From positions 1 through 64,000 of the forward strand of contig KZ538452.1 in NCBI GenBank assembly GCA_000934665.2: DNA of 64,000 nt. The letters are read 5' to 3'. The DNA comes from Catajapyx aquilonaris. Lineage: Eukaryota. This document shows, piece after piece, positions 23,632 to 34,901 of the stretch (the first letter of the stretch is position 1; each line of letters begins with the position of its first letter). The notes below the pieces were generated by a model. That model was not told where the DNA came from. It saw nothing but the letters and a program-made list of their open reading frames with translations, and did no database searches. The translations under genes and the position numbers were made by a program.

Positions 23632-23742
23632 CAGGGATGGAAAAAGTACCGCTTCCTTCCAAGAAGCGCTTCTTTTTTCCATGTGCAGGGATAGAAAAAG
23701 AACCGCTTACCGCCCAAAGAAGCGGTTCTTTTTCCATCCCTG
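23632..23742. mobile_element. hAT-type mini-MITE (111 bp, 8-bp TSD)
   Basis: 23-bp TIR CAGGGATGGAAAAAG(T/A)ACCGCTT. TSD ATTATGAG at 23624-23631 and 23743-23750. Built from two tandem ~55-bp hairpin units. Confidence 0.88.
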
Positions 23743-23753
23743 ATTATGAGGTA

Positions 23754-23895
23754 CTATGGGGCTCAAATTGTTTTGGCCACTTTATCCTGGTCTTGAAGCA
23801 ACCCTTCACACACACCCACCTGCTCAACGTGGGGCCTGTGCGAAGGGTTGCTTCAAAACCAGGATAAAGTGGCCAACACAATTTGAGCCTCATAG
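23754..23895. mobile_element. 142-bp hairpin MITE, TA-flanked
   Basis: About 54-bp TIRs, CTATGGGGCTCAAATTGTTTTGGCCACTTTATCCTGGTCTTGAAGCAACCCTTC and its reverse complement. TA at 23752-23753 and 23896-23897. Confidence 0.88.
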
Positions 23896-26316
23896 TACAT
23901 TTTAACATACATTTCTCTTTTTAACCTGCCATCTATCATGTACTATTGGATGAAATAGTAATAGTGGCTATTTGACCAGTTTTTTTTTGTACTTATTGAC
24001 ATACAAATTTAATTTCATTATTATTCATCTGTAAAATATCATCATTTTAGCAATCAATTTTCAAGCTGTCAGGAATGGAACATGATGGGAGCATTTTTGA
24101 ACGCGGCAAAGATGACACATTGATCATTTTTACACGTTGGTGCCAAGGGGGCAAAAAAGAGAAGAAGATTGCACGCTAGAATCAACAATCTTGAATGGTT
24201 TGAAAACAATGAAAGCTTGTCGGCTGCTTTCACTCGTCGGGTTCCGGTTTGCTATTCGCGACCGGTTGAGGGCGGTGATTATTGCTGCATCTGGAAAGTT
24301 GCCGCGGTTTTTTTTTCCAGAACGCAACTTGCGCCAGATGCCTCCGCCCATTTGCAAGAGAAACAAACATATTTCTGCGGGGTGCCTCCCCCTAAAAAAG
24401 GGCGCTAATTCCTGGCATTCTGCCCTAGGAATTACTCTGACAAAGGACAGAAAAAAGGAAGCGTGTACTCACCATAACCATTCTCGACTGTTCCTGAAAA
24501 TGGAAAAAATAAATGCCATTAGACAAAGACAGACAACCATCAATTTTACAATAGTGTGCGAGGGTAGCCTTTGCTAAATCTGATCTTGCCCCGCGATATC
24601 CGGAGCACCAAATTGAAATACTCTCAAATAACGTCTAAAGGCCGGTTGTCCGTTGTTCCCTGCATGCTTGATATCACAAACATGTGAACCAATGGCATCC
24701 GCAAGTTGTTGATATTAGTGCCACTGACTCACTTGGCACATGGCCCAGTAGTCCATTGCCTGCAGTACGCCCAAACATCACGCATGCGCATTGTGCTTTG
24801 TACTTACGGGAGCCATGTTAAGTCAGCCATTTTAGTCCTTGAATTGAGTAATCTTGCGCGTAATGAACATGTAAGTGAGCTACTGACAGCTGGTGCTCGT
24901 TATACCAGGATAACTTTAGGTGTCCAATGTGCATGGAACGGTGACCATGTTTCAAAGGCATGGGGGTTGTGATTTGCAGTGTTGCGCGTTTGTTTTACAG
25001 CCTGAAAATTATAATCGGGCATAAATAGTAACAGCCGCTGAAACTAATGACTTGTAGCGAGTATGGCGCTCGTTTATGGGCAAGTATCTGGCCACATTTG
25101 CCATCAATCAGACCAATTCTTCTAGCGCGGGGGAGCTTGCAGCGTTCGAACTATTAGCGGTGTAATCGCAGCGACTCGTTAGCTTCCCGAGCCAAGTTAT
25201 GTTCCCGCCATATTTGTCTGGCTTCCATGCAAATCTAGGCTTAGTTAAACGTTCTGGTGCATTATTCCAGGCTGTGCCGCAGATAGCTTGCCAAATAGGT
25301 TCAGATAAAAAAGGCAAGAAAAAAAGTGCAATAGGCTTCCTACTGGGGGTCTAAAATAAACCGGGGGTAGGATTCCTTTTTCCCTTTCGTAGGGAAAACA
25401 TTTGCCTATCCTAAAACAAATAGTGTACACATTGCATAATCGGATTAGCGGGTACCCGCTTAATAGGAATATTCACGACACACCACACTCCAATATTTAT
25501 CCTCTAGAGCGAGGCATATTCAGATTCCTTATGCCTCGGGATTACATGCAATTTTACTGGCCGGCAGTAATGAGGTTCATTGAAATAAAGACTGGACTAG
25601 CTTCAACCAGTGTGACTTTGGTTAGGCCCGCAGTTACAATTCTACCAGAAGAATCTAGTATTGCAAGTACAGGGCGACTGTATCCGACTGTAACATTTTG
25701 TCGCGCCTTCAATATAAGTTGTGAGTGTAGTAGGAGTGAATGTCTACCATTTTTTTGTTTGATTTACTAACTTACCCCAATAATAGTTAGTATTCAATTT
25801 GAATACTTTTCCTCTAGCGCCGTCTTTGTTCTTTTCGAGCTATAGGATTTTTAAATACCTGCTAGGTACAGCAGCAGATGCAATTTAGGAGGAGGAAAAT
25901 TGCTATCGGAAACCGATAGTTGTCTGAAGTAGCACTCGGTTTAATCCGAAAATCTGTGCTATTTCAAGTTGATTATAATGGAGGGATTGAAGGATAACCT
26001 ATTAAATTGTTTGCATGCATCCGGGCTGGCTTACCAAGTGAAATTAAACAATTTGAGATCCCCACTCCTGTAACCTCTGCGTTCAGCGTCAGAAAGCACC
26101 ATGCCATAGTCTAGTTATTGGTATGAGGTCAGATGATAGTCATACTAGTCATTTACAATACCATGTAATATGTACACCGCAACCAAAACAGTACACTGTA
26201 CAGTACATAAACGATGTGCTCATCGATATTACATAACACTGTGGCTTCAGTGAGCTTAACATTCATGCATTAGTAAAAGAGTATATTAGTTTCATGCACA
26301 GGCAGGTTATTCTTAC

Positions 26317-26409
26317 CAATCAGATGTCCCTCTGAATTGTGTGAGCGGTCCATTAGTGAATATGGAGATGATGTTGAGAGGGAACTTGTAGTGGTAGTGA
26401 AAGGGCGAC
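26317..26409 (-). CDS. Beat-related Ig protein, Ser/Thr-rich stalk exon
   Basis: Acceptor ttctaatttccttccag, donor gtaaga, 93 nt, phase 1-1. Encodes (G)RPFTTTTSSLSTSSPYSLMDRSHNSEGHLI. Confidence 0.68.
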
Positions 26410-29400
26410 CTGGAAGGAAATTAGAACCACTAGTAGGCACACCACACACACACAAGTTAGTTTATGTCAGTCTTGTTATGCATGCAAGATGTCAGAAATA
26501 TTGGCGATAATATGGAAAAATGGCATTATTATAGTTGAAAATATTTGAAGCTCTTCTTCTTCTTGAAGACTCTTCCGGACGGTTAGTTGTACACCAAGTA
26601 GGTTTCCTCATTCAAGGATCGAACCCATGACTACAGGCCCTCTATTTTTTAGAAAATTAGATTGCCCTTACAAGTTAATCACCCGCAGACTTTGATAAAA
26701 GCAGTGTAAGCCTGTGTAGCTTCAATATACGTCAGTTGTCCTAAATCCAGCATCTGCGAAATGGCAAATATGACGCAGAATTATTCATCATCATCGTTGA
26801 AAGCGAATTTCAAATATAAGAGCCCAAAATAAATGGTAATGACTTGCTTATTACACCGACCCATAATCCTGCTTAACAATCCATCTCCTGGCTATTTCGG
26901 TTCTCTAAACACATCATATAAAGCTGTGGAATTTGGGTCGTCACATTTCGAGCTGAACCATGGATTATGGTACGCACATTTCGACTTGTTACCATCAGTC
27001 TCATCTTTCTGTGCTCTGTGAAGTGAGACTCAAAACCTGCCCAACACTAGGCTGGAAAAATTTTCCAGATCCGGAAGGTTAAGCCTTACGTGACAGGCAG
27101 TAGAGTCATCGGATCTCTGGTCGCGTTTTCACGCCATTGTGTGTTCCTTCCAGGCGATTTCCTCCTCTCTTCCTAATGCCGTCCTCAACGCCACGTCTGG
27201 CCAAGAGCTTCGTTTGACATCAAGAGAAAACTGGATCAGGCACTCCTCTATTTCCACCCTAGAAGCGTGGCTATATTTTGTATCTAAGCTATAGACGACA
27301 GACATATATTTCACATTTCAAATGTATTGTGAACGAGTTTCATGGAGTCGAAATGTGTTACGCCACGTCCTTAGTATGATTTCTTGATGCAGTGTGGAAG
27401 TGACAAAAACAGGATATTTGTTTTATGCGAATTCACTGACAACATTATGGGGTCAATATTGAGTATTCCGACAAAGCAAATATTTTTTGATCAAATTGCA
27501 GAGAATCACATTTTAGGATGTCCAACTGTACTGATTTTCACGCTGACGTGGCCAAGCGGTTGGAACCGAACGAACCACACTGAGGAATTAAGCGTAATTA
27601 CTCACTTTGGCTCGTTCACGTGAATCGAACCTTTTCTCACGGGATTAACCAACGCGGAAGCCAACTTTACAACTGACCAGTCCAGATGAGGAAGTATAAA
27701 GTAATAGTTGTAGCTGCCAGTACATTATCTCCTGATTTTATATTTGGTGTTGGATGACCACGCCTGGATTCACCTACTTTACGTATGCCGGCATCGGCGT
27801 GACAGATTTAATGCTAAAGTCCATCATGTGGAAATGAGATTGACGCACCAAACACGCAGGAGGCAGATGTGGCGGCGAATTTGGCCAGCATATGTTAAAG
27901 GGACATGAGGGCTTGAGGTCGAACTTATTAAAATTCCAGTCAGCTTAGCAGCACAGATAAATATTTTATTCATACGCATTCATTATTCTACGGGCATTTC
28001 GCAGTAGACCGAGCTTAATTAGCCTAAACTACCAGCAGTTTATATAAAGAATAGGAGGATGTCCAGCAGGCCAATTCAGAATCAGAGAAACTTCCCTTCA
28101 CACCTTTGTGAAACGTGCCAAGATAATACTGGTAAGAATAATTTTTATGAAATCTTCGAGCAGATGAACGTGATTGGTAAATATTAATGCAACATCTTCA
28201 TTCAATATCTCTACTTGTCGAATGAGAAGGAGTATGTGTTTGCCATTATTGTCCAAGACAAAAATGTTTAAGCTTATGCTGTTGCTATGCAAACCTATAT
28301 ATTGTTTCACATTGCATATTCTGTAACTATACACTATACTGTATGACAATGACCTTTATGTAACTTGTCATCAACTTACCTTGTCCAAGCCACGACTCAC
28401 TCATGTTCGATTAAAACCCAATATGTTGTTGGGCTGTATCCAAACCGCAGTAGGCTAATATTCAATCCCTATAGCATAACTCGCAATGAAAATGCGATGT
28501 GCGCGCAGTCCGTATACGTAGAGTTTCTCATAACAAGCCTGATTTCTGTGCATTGAAAAAACGGAGGATTTATCAAAGGATAAGGCTCCCTCCTTGATAT
28601 TACCTTGTCGATCGGTTAATCTTACTAAGTACGTTCTACGCCTACCTTTCCATTTTAAATCGAGAAACAAGCGGGACTTGCAGCAGCCAAAACTTAGGTG
28701 TACACTTCCCACAAAAACGCACATTACGTTAAACTGTGTTCCATCGTCACGTAACGCACGTTCTCGTCCACCGTGGCCGAGTCAACAAGCGCACGTCCTG
28801 CACTTCGGGCACGCTTTCAACAGATGGCGCCAACATCTCTTACGTATATCACCAGAAAGCCAACATCCACGAAAAGCCAGGTCATCACCAAGTCACGGCT
28901 CCTTTGTTACAATTGCATTTTTTGGAAAGGGGGGTATGTGCTCGCCTCTACCTCAGAGCGTAACGTACAATTGCTCTGCTGATCTAGGGGCCCCCCGTTT
29001 TTATGTCCGTGCCGCTGAAGCACGGTTATCATCGCCAGCAATTTGTGGCAGGTGATGTCAAGTGCCAACTGCTCACGCGCTCCCGTTTCGCACGTCAAGA
29101 TATTTCCTGCTTGATATATGGCCGACTAAATGCCCCGGCCGATTCATTCCGGAGAGACCCTTTAAAACTTCATCATTCCGGCAGCCCGCTCTATAATACA
29201 GGACGGCCACAATACGTAAGTTTGATGTAGCGTTCGGGGTTACCTTCGTCCGGACGTTGGGTGATTAAAAGAGAGGGGAAGGGGTATGAGGGGAAGGGGT
29301 GCGGGAGTGCACGGATTAATGAGAGGAGGGAATTGTATTAGTGGGCGGGTTTGTGTATTTGTCATGCTATTCCAAATGATGGAATGCGTGGCAAATAGTA

Positions 29401-32400
29401 GGTCAGTTATGATGTGTGTTTTGTACGTGAGTGTTGCGGTTCCGAATTACATGGCCGTTTAACCGTACGAATTGGTGGATAACGTGACACAAACGCTGGA
29501 TTAACGAGGAGTTGATGTACTAACCAGTCGCATGCTTTGCTATTCAATGTGTAGGAGTCACTCCCAATCAACTTGACGACGGTGTGAAAAATAGTGTTGA
29601 ATTTTTGTGCTTTAAATATGCATAGTTCCACAATTAAGGGTCAAGTATAATCTACATAAGCAGTAGTACGTACATATGCGACTAATAATAATATGGGGGA
29701 GAATCCACAGAGTCAGAAGTCTACTCACGAATGCTCCAGAAACATTGTAACATACCCAAAAGTGATGGGCGGTGATCATTTCGGATTTGTATTAATTCAG
29801 AATTAATTAAAATAAATTGTTGTAATTGAATTACTGTTTATAACCTTCCTACCTGACTTGAATTTAAGCAAAGTTGTTAATGAATCGACGTGAACTGATT
29901 GATTTGAATTCAATTGACCTATGGAATTGATTGGAATTGAACTGAGGTATTGAACTGATCACAATATATTCGCAACTAAATTAATCTACATGATGGAATT
30001 CAGAGATGGGCACCATTAATTGCAAATTGAATCGAGTTAATGCAATTTATTTAGCATTCACAGCAGCAGAAACATTCAATATCCCGTTCCCATTCACTTT
30101 CATTCACTTAGATGTCATTTACGTTTGTAAATTCTGTGACATAAAAGGTCGTGACTTTTTAAATTTGACATTCTCGACCTCATTTAAGCTATGGGTTTCT
30201 CTTCCAGGTTACTCCTGTTAAGACATCAATAACAGTAAAAAAATCTTCGGTCATTAATAGCCTACTGAGGCTGGGTTGCACCATTTAAATGACGGAAACT
30301 ATACAAGTCGTATTATGCCAGGTTGGATGACCCGAAAGTAATACAAAATCTCGTATTTTTCGAACTAATTCCGACATCTGCAGTTTGAATTAATGCATTG
30401 CGACTCATCTATTTATTTTATCATTCTACTAATAGCCTTCCAAATATATAAGATATCAGGTTCTTTTAAAAAATAAATAAATTAAAAGGCTTGGTATACC
30501 GGTATCGTAACGTATACGAGTCGCACATGACCCGCCAGCAGTAGTTTGACACTATTTTCGGCTGCAGGCTCGCTGTGCGGCATAGATTATGCACATTTGC
30601 GAAATGATATTATCTCATTATCAACTTATTCGTGAACAAACCGCAATTTAGAGCATACTGGCGCATACAGTGTGAATGTTTGATTTAGGGTTTGGCTTTA
30701 GCTCCACAAAATAGCGGATTTTTGGCATTTAAAATTATTACCCCTAGTTTATATTGGTGTAATACAGTCTGAAAGGTGAGACTCGAGTGACTGAGCAGAA
30801 AAATGTCAGATAGCCAATTTTCCCAGTGAATTACAGTCCTGACTGCTTATTCCGTAAGCGCCTGCAGCAATGCGCGAGTGAGAAAGGGATTCCACGAATG
30901 TTTCAAGTGATTATCTGAAATGCGGGAAATGTCGGAGGTGTTTTGTAACCTGCGAGACGGAATGCAAGTAAGTGGGAGAAGAAGCTAAGAGTGCAGCACA
31001 TCAGTCCACGGTGTGTGTCCAAAAATTTATATAACTAATATAGAGGGGACAATCGGATGCCATATTTGTTACGAATTGAAAACCGAGCTGCCACCATGAC
31101 AGTGATCAAGTCAAACTAAAAGCTCATGTGTTCTTGTGAGTGTGATAATTAAAGCGAAAACGCTTTTTGCGTTTTGAGGCGTGGTAAACAGTTTTTTTTG
31201 TATGTGAAAACGACTATGATCGATTTTTTCTACCTTCCTCTAATAGAGAGGTATGGTCTACTAATTGCTCATTGTTGTAACGCGGTTAACAATGCATCGC
31301 AAACAGGTTTTGTCGAGGGTTTTGTGGTTCTAAATGCAGCTAAAAATAGCACGTATTTGGCACACAATTTTGCCGTATTTTACATTGCAAAATTTCAAAA
31401 GTGATTGCGCCAACTTTAATCAAGGGCCTAATTTTGACTCCACCTCAGTGTTTATTCATATCACAAATCCAGAGTGTTGATTCCGTTACATGCTGGATTT
31501 TTCTTTGCTAACGGACTTACAATATTATGATATGCTGTAGGAGTCGATCTCTTCTCAGCGATATATTAATTTTTAGTATGACCGTATCATTTAATCCAAG
31601 TAAAATTGTGCTGATAGGTCGTAATTGGGACGTCGCATCTCATTAGTTGCGGCCGGAATTTCAGAAATGATCCCATTGACGTCATAATTATGTGCCCTAT
31701 TTTCACACACAAAAAAACTCAATTTAAAAAATGTTGCTCTGGCTCTTTGATATCTAGCTGTTTGGCCTTTTTGTCTGACGCCGTCATGGCTTCCATACTT
31801 CCCTTTGTAACAGGTTGGCGGCGCTGAAGCCAGAACCAAGTCTCTATAGAAGTTGTATCTCATTGTGTGCGCCGTGTGAGCTGCCTCCGCGTCATCTCGC
31901 GTCTCCTTTTATTTTTCGGGCTGATTTTCAATGGCTTTCGGTTTTAGCTCGCAGGAAACCTTTTCGACCCGCAGAGAAGGATAACAACCTCGCAGATTGT
32001 ATACACAGGGAGTGAGCTGCAGCTTTGTAAGGCACGTTATAAAAATGCAAAATGAAAACCTCTATTGATCCGGAGAATACGTGGAGCGATGCATACAAAG
32101 GATCTATTTACTGGCCTCAAAGCAAAGCGTTTGACGCCGTACTGCTAGCTTTGTTAGCGTACAACGTAAAATGCTCCCATGCCCTTCCCTTTAATGCCTT
32201 ACTTTTTTTCCCCTGTCATGTAACATCCAGATAATTAATATCTAAATTATGCATGGTTAGTGTGTATCCGTGACGCGAGTAATTTTCGAATTGCGCTAGT
32301 GTTGCGCATGGCGGAGTACTCAAACGAAGGCCAACGAAGGTCTCAAAACCATCATTACACGTGCCGTTATATTTTTGGCGCGGAACACCAGCTTTCTATT

Positions 32401-33591
32401 ATTAAGCGACGACGAGGCCTGAATGCTTCCGACGCGCGCCGTTTATTTGTACGCGCTTGTCTGAAGTCAAAATAAACATGTGGGTGGCTTAAATCGGGTC
32501 AGTCTAGTGAGTAATCAAATTTTGCATGGGAGAATATACCGATCCGAGATGTGGGTTTCTCCACCGTCTTGGCACAGGATATCCGGCTAGATCTAATTGG
32601 AAAATTTGCGGACACCTTAGATTTTTATTCATTTCTTTCCCTCCTGTGGTGCCCTACCTCTGTTGTGGCATGGAGGCCCCTCCCATGAGGCGGACTGCAC
32701 TGCTATGCACCAGAGGCAGAAGCTTAGCTCCATCAATCTTGATCTGGCTTTTGACACAAGTCGGCCTCCCCCTGAGCTGCTTCCCCATTGTGAGCGCCTA
32801 ATGGCTGCCTGCAATCTGCTGGCTACTCTGTGCATCGCCTAATGTTCACCACACAACTCCCCGCTCACCCTTTCCCCCACCCCATGCCCACCCGCAACAA
32901 TGATGGACAGGAAATCCGCAGCAGGAACTCATTTTTGCCTGGATCTGGATTAATCAAGAAAAATGCCGGCATTTTATTACTATTATTTTTTTGTGGCTAC
33001 CCCCTTCCAGCCCCATTTCAGTACTATGGCATGTGAAACAAGCATTCATTTTCCAAAGTGGTTAACCGTAGTGGATGGATGGTAATAAAGTAACCCAGAC
33101 GTACGAGACAATGCGGACCTGGGAGTACCCTCGGAATGTAACTTGCTGTACAGGTCAAGGAGATATTTCATGCTTATGCCGTAGCAAGAACAGCTCAATA
33201 ATATGCTTGGATATTGTTGCATTGTATAGCAATACCAGGAGTGAGACTGCAGGAGGAGAGATTCGAGAGCGACGTCATTGGAGCTAAGAAAGCCTAAAAC
33301 CAGGCTGACGGTATTGTATTGACGACTCCTCAATATTTGAAAGTGTAGATTGATGACACTAAAAATGGCTTCTAACGTTTTATTTTGAAACTTCGGTATA
33401 ACAATAGTCTAATGGTATCGACTTACGCATCCCAAATCTGTCTGCCTAATTAGATTACGAATTCTATACCGCCTGTTGACCTGTTTCTCGACTTGACGTG
33501 CACAAAGGACTTGCTGTCAGGGTAACGCGCAGCCATAAAAATGGCCATGTACTTGTACTACATATGCAGTCCGTCCATATTTTGGACTGAC

Positions 33592-33630
33592 GTCCCATTA
33601 CTGCTTCTACCAGGGAAGCTTTGGTAGTGA
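33592..33630 (-). CDS. Candidate 39-nt stalk mini-exon of the Beat-related gene
   Basis: Acceptor gattttcag, donor gtcagt, phase 1-1, (V)TTKASLVEAVMG. Splice sites are only moderate. Confidence 0.25.
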
Positions 33631-34076
33631 CTGAAAATCTATCTTGTTTCATATAGGTGTCCCGATATGGTATTGTCCTTCTGTTTCAATCAGAAATCTA
33701 TTTGCGCATTTTGAGTGGGCAAGAGTCTCAACCATATATCATGAGTTGGCCTTGGACCAGTTTGGTGTGATGAGTCCACAATAGAGTGTGCCCTGGCCCT
33801 TCAGATGCCAAAGTGCCTGAAACTACACATATGTCGGGGAAATTGTGCCGTTTATGTCAAAATATTTATCTAGTTTCGTGATTTTATTGTGATATCAAGG
33901 TTTCACTGTCGAAAAAACTATTTCTGCAAAAAATTTTACTTGGACATTTTCTTCTTGTGTCCTCGCCATACCTCAGGTTTTATTGTGGCATTCATATCTA
34001 TTTGTAACGTCTATTTAAAAAGTGTTATCATCGATCCACCAGAGCAATGAAGAAAAACGTTCAGTATGTCACTTAC

Positions 34077-34252
34077 CTGTTGAGTATATCACACTTTTTC
34101 TTGTGGCAAAGTTGGCACCCGGAATCGCCACGAGACAATAGAAGGTCACTTTAGAAGAAAGAGTCTTCTCTTCCAGCTCCTTGTAGACCACTATGTCGTA
34201 TAACTTATTGTCCCTTTGCACCGCTCGCATCTCGACGTTCTCCAGTTCAACC
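34077..34252 (-). CDS. Beat-related Ig protein, second half of Ig domain 2
   Basis: Acceptor ttttgctcattcacag, donor gtaagt, 176 nt, phase 2-1. VELENVEMRAVQRDNKLYDIVVYKELEEKTLSSKVTFYCLVAIPGANFATRKSVIYST, with an F-strand FYC and an LYDI motif. Confidence 0.88.
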
Positions 34253-34325
34253 CTGTGAATGAGCAAAATAGCAATGTAGCCAATACAGTCAATTTTCAAG
34301 GATCTTCATTTTTGGTTCATCTTAC

Positions 34326-34455
34326 TTTTGTTTCTTCCCTGAATGTTTTTCCAGCGCAATGATTGGTTCAGGATGAACGCCCTCAACTTGACAGGTGACA
34401 TTCACTTTGTCCGGGGTGGTTTTTGTCACGCTAAACGTGATGTCAGCCGGTTGAG
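34326..34455 (-). CDS. Beat-related Ig protein, first half of Ig domain 2 (not in the ORF track)
   Basis: Acceptor tttgattacag, donor gtaaga, 130 nt, phase 1-2. (T)QPADITFSVTKTTPDKVNVTCQVEGVHPEPIIALEKHSGKKQ(K). VNVTC..EGVHPEP is a typical B-strand/BC-loop motif. A 73-nt intron joins it in frame to the next exon. Confidence 0.9.
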
Positions 34456-34545
34456 CTGTAATCAAATCAAGAGCGTGTTTGACGTTACGTAACGGATGGT
34501 CAGGTTCAAAGCGGCATTAGTGTCGCGTTTTTTTTTGGCTCTCTG

Positions 34546-34901
34546 CAGGGTGTTTCATGATAATTCAGGCAAACTTCTCGGATGAACCCCGGATACCAGA
34601 GGATCACTTTATGAAGAGGTGTCATTATCTTCGCAGCCTGATCATTACTGAGACAATTTATTACTGGGGTGCCTTATATCATCTGCTACGTTGCAGAATC
34701 AGCCGAAGACACTTCCATTGACTAGAAGACCTGCTACCCATTATTAGGTTACAGTTCAAATTAAAATCGCACGGTAACCCATATTAAATGAAAAAGGCCA
34801 GGATGCACGGAGGGAGGCATATATGTCAGGATATTAACATAAGGTGATCCACTGATTCCCAGAAGTTTACGCTGAAGTTTGATTCATTGTGGCACACTCT
34901 G
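34546..34901. mobile_element. Degenerate CAGGGTG-type MITE
   Basis: Left CAGGGTGTTTCA...AAACTTCTCGGA...GGATCACTTTATG. Right reverse complement CAGAGTGTGCCA...AAACTTCTGGGA..GGATCACCTTATG. TA retained on the right only. Confidence 0.55.

Noticed and set aside
29760..30410. AGTGATGGGC / CAGAGATGGGC starts with repeated GAATTGA motifs
   Set aside because: Suggests decayed hAT-type MITEs, but there are no paired ends or TSD.
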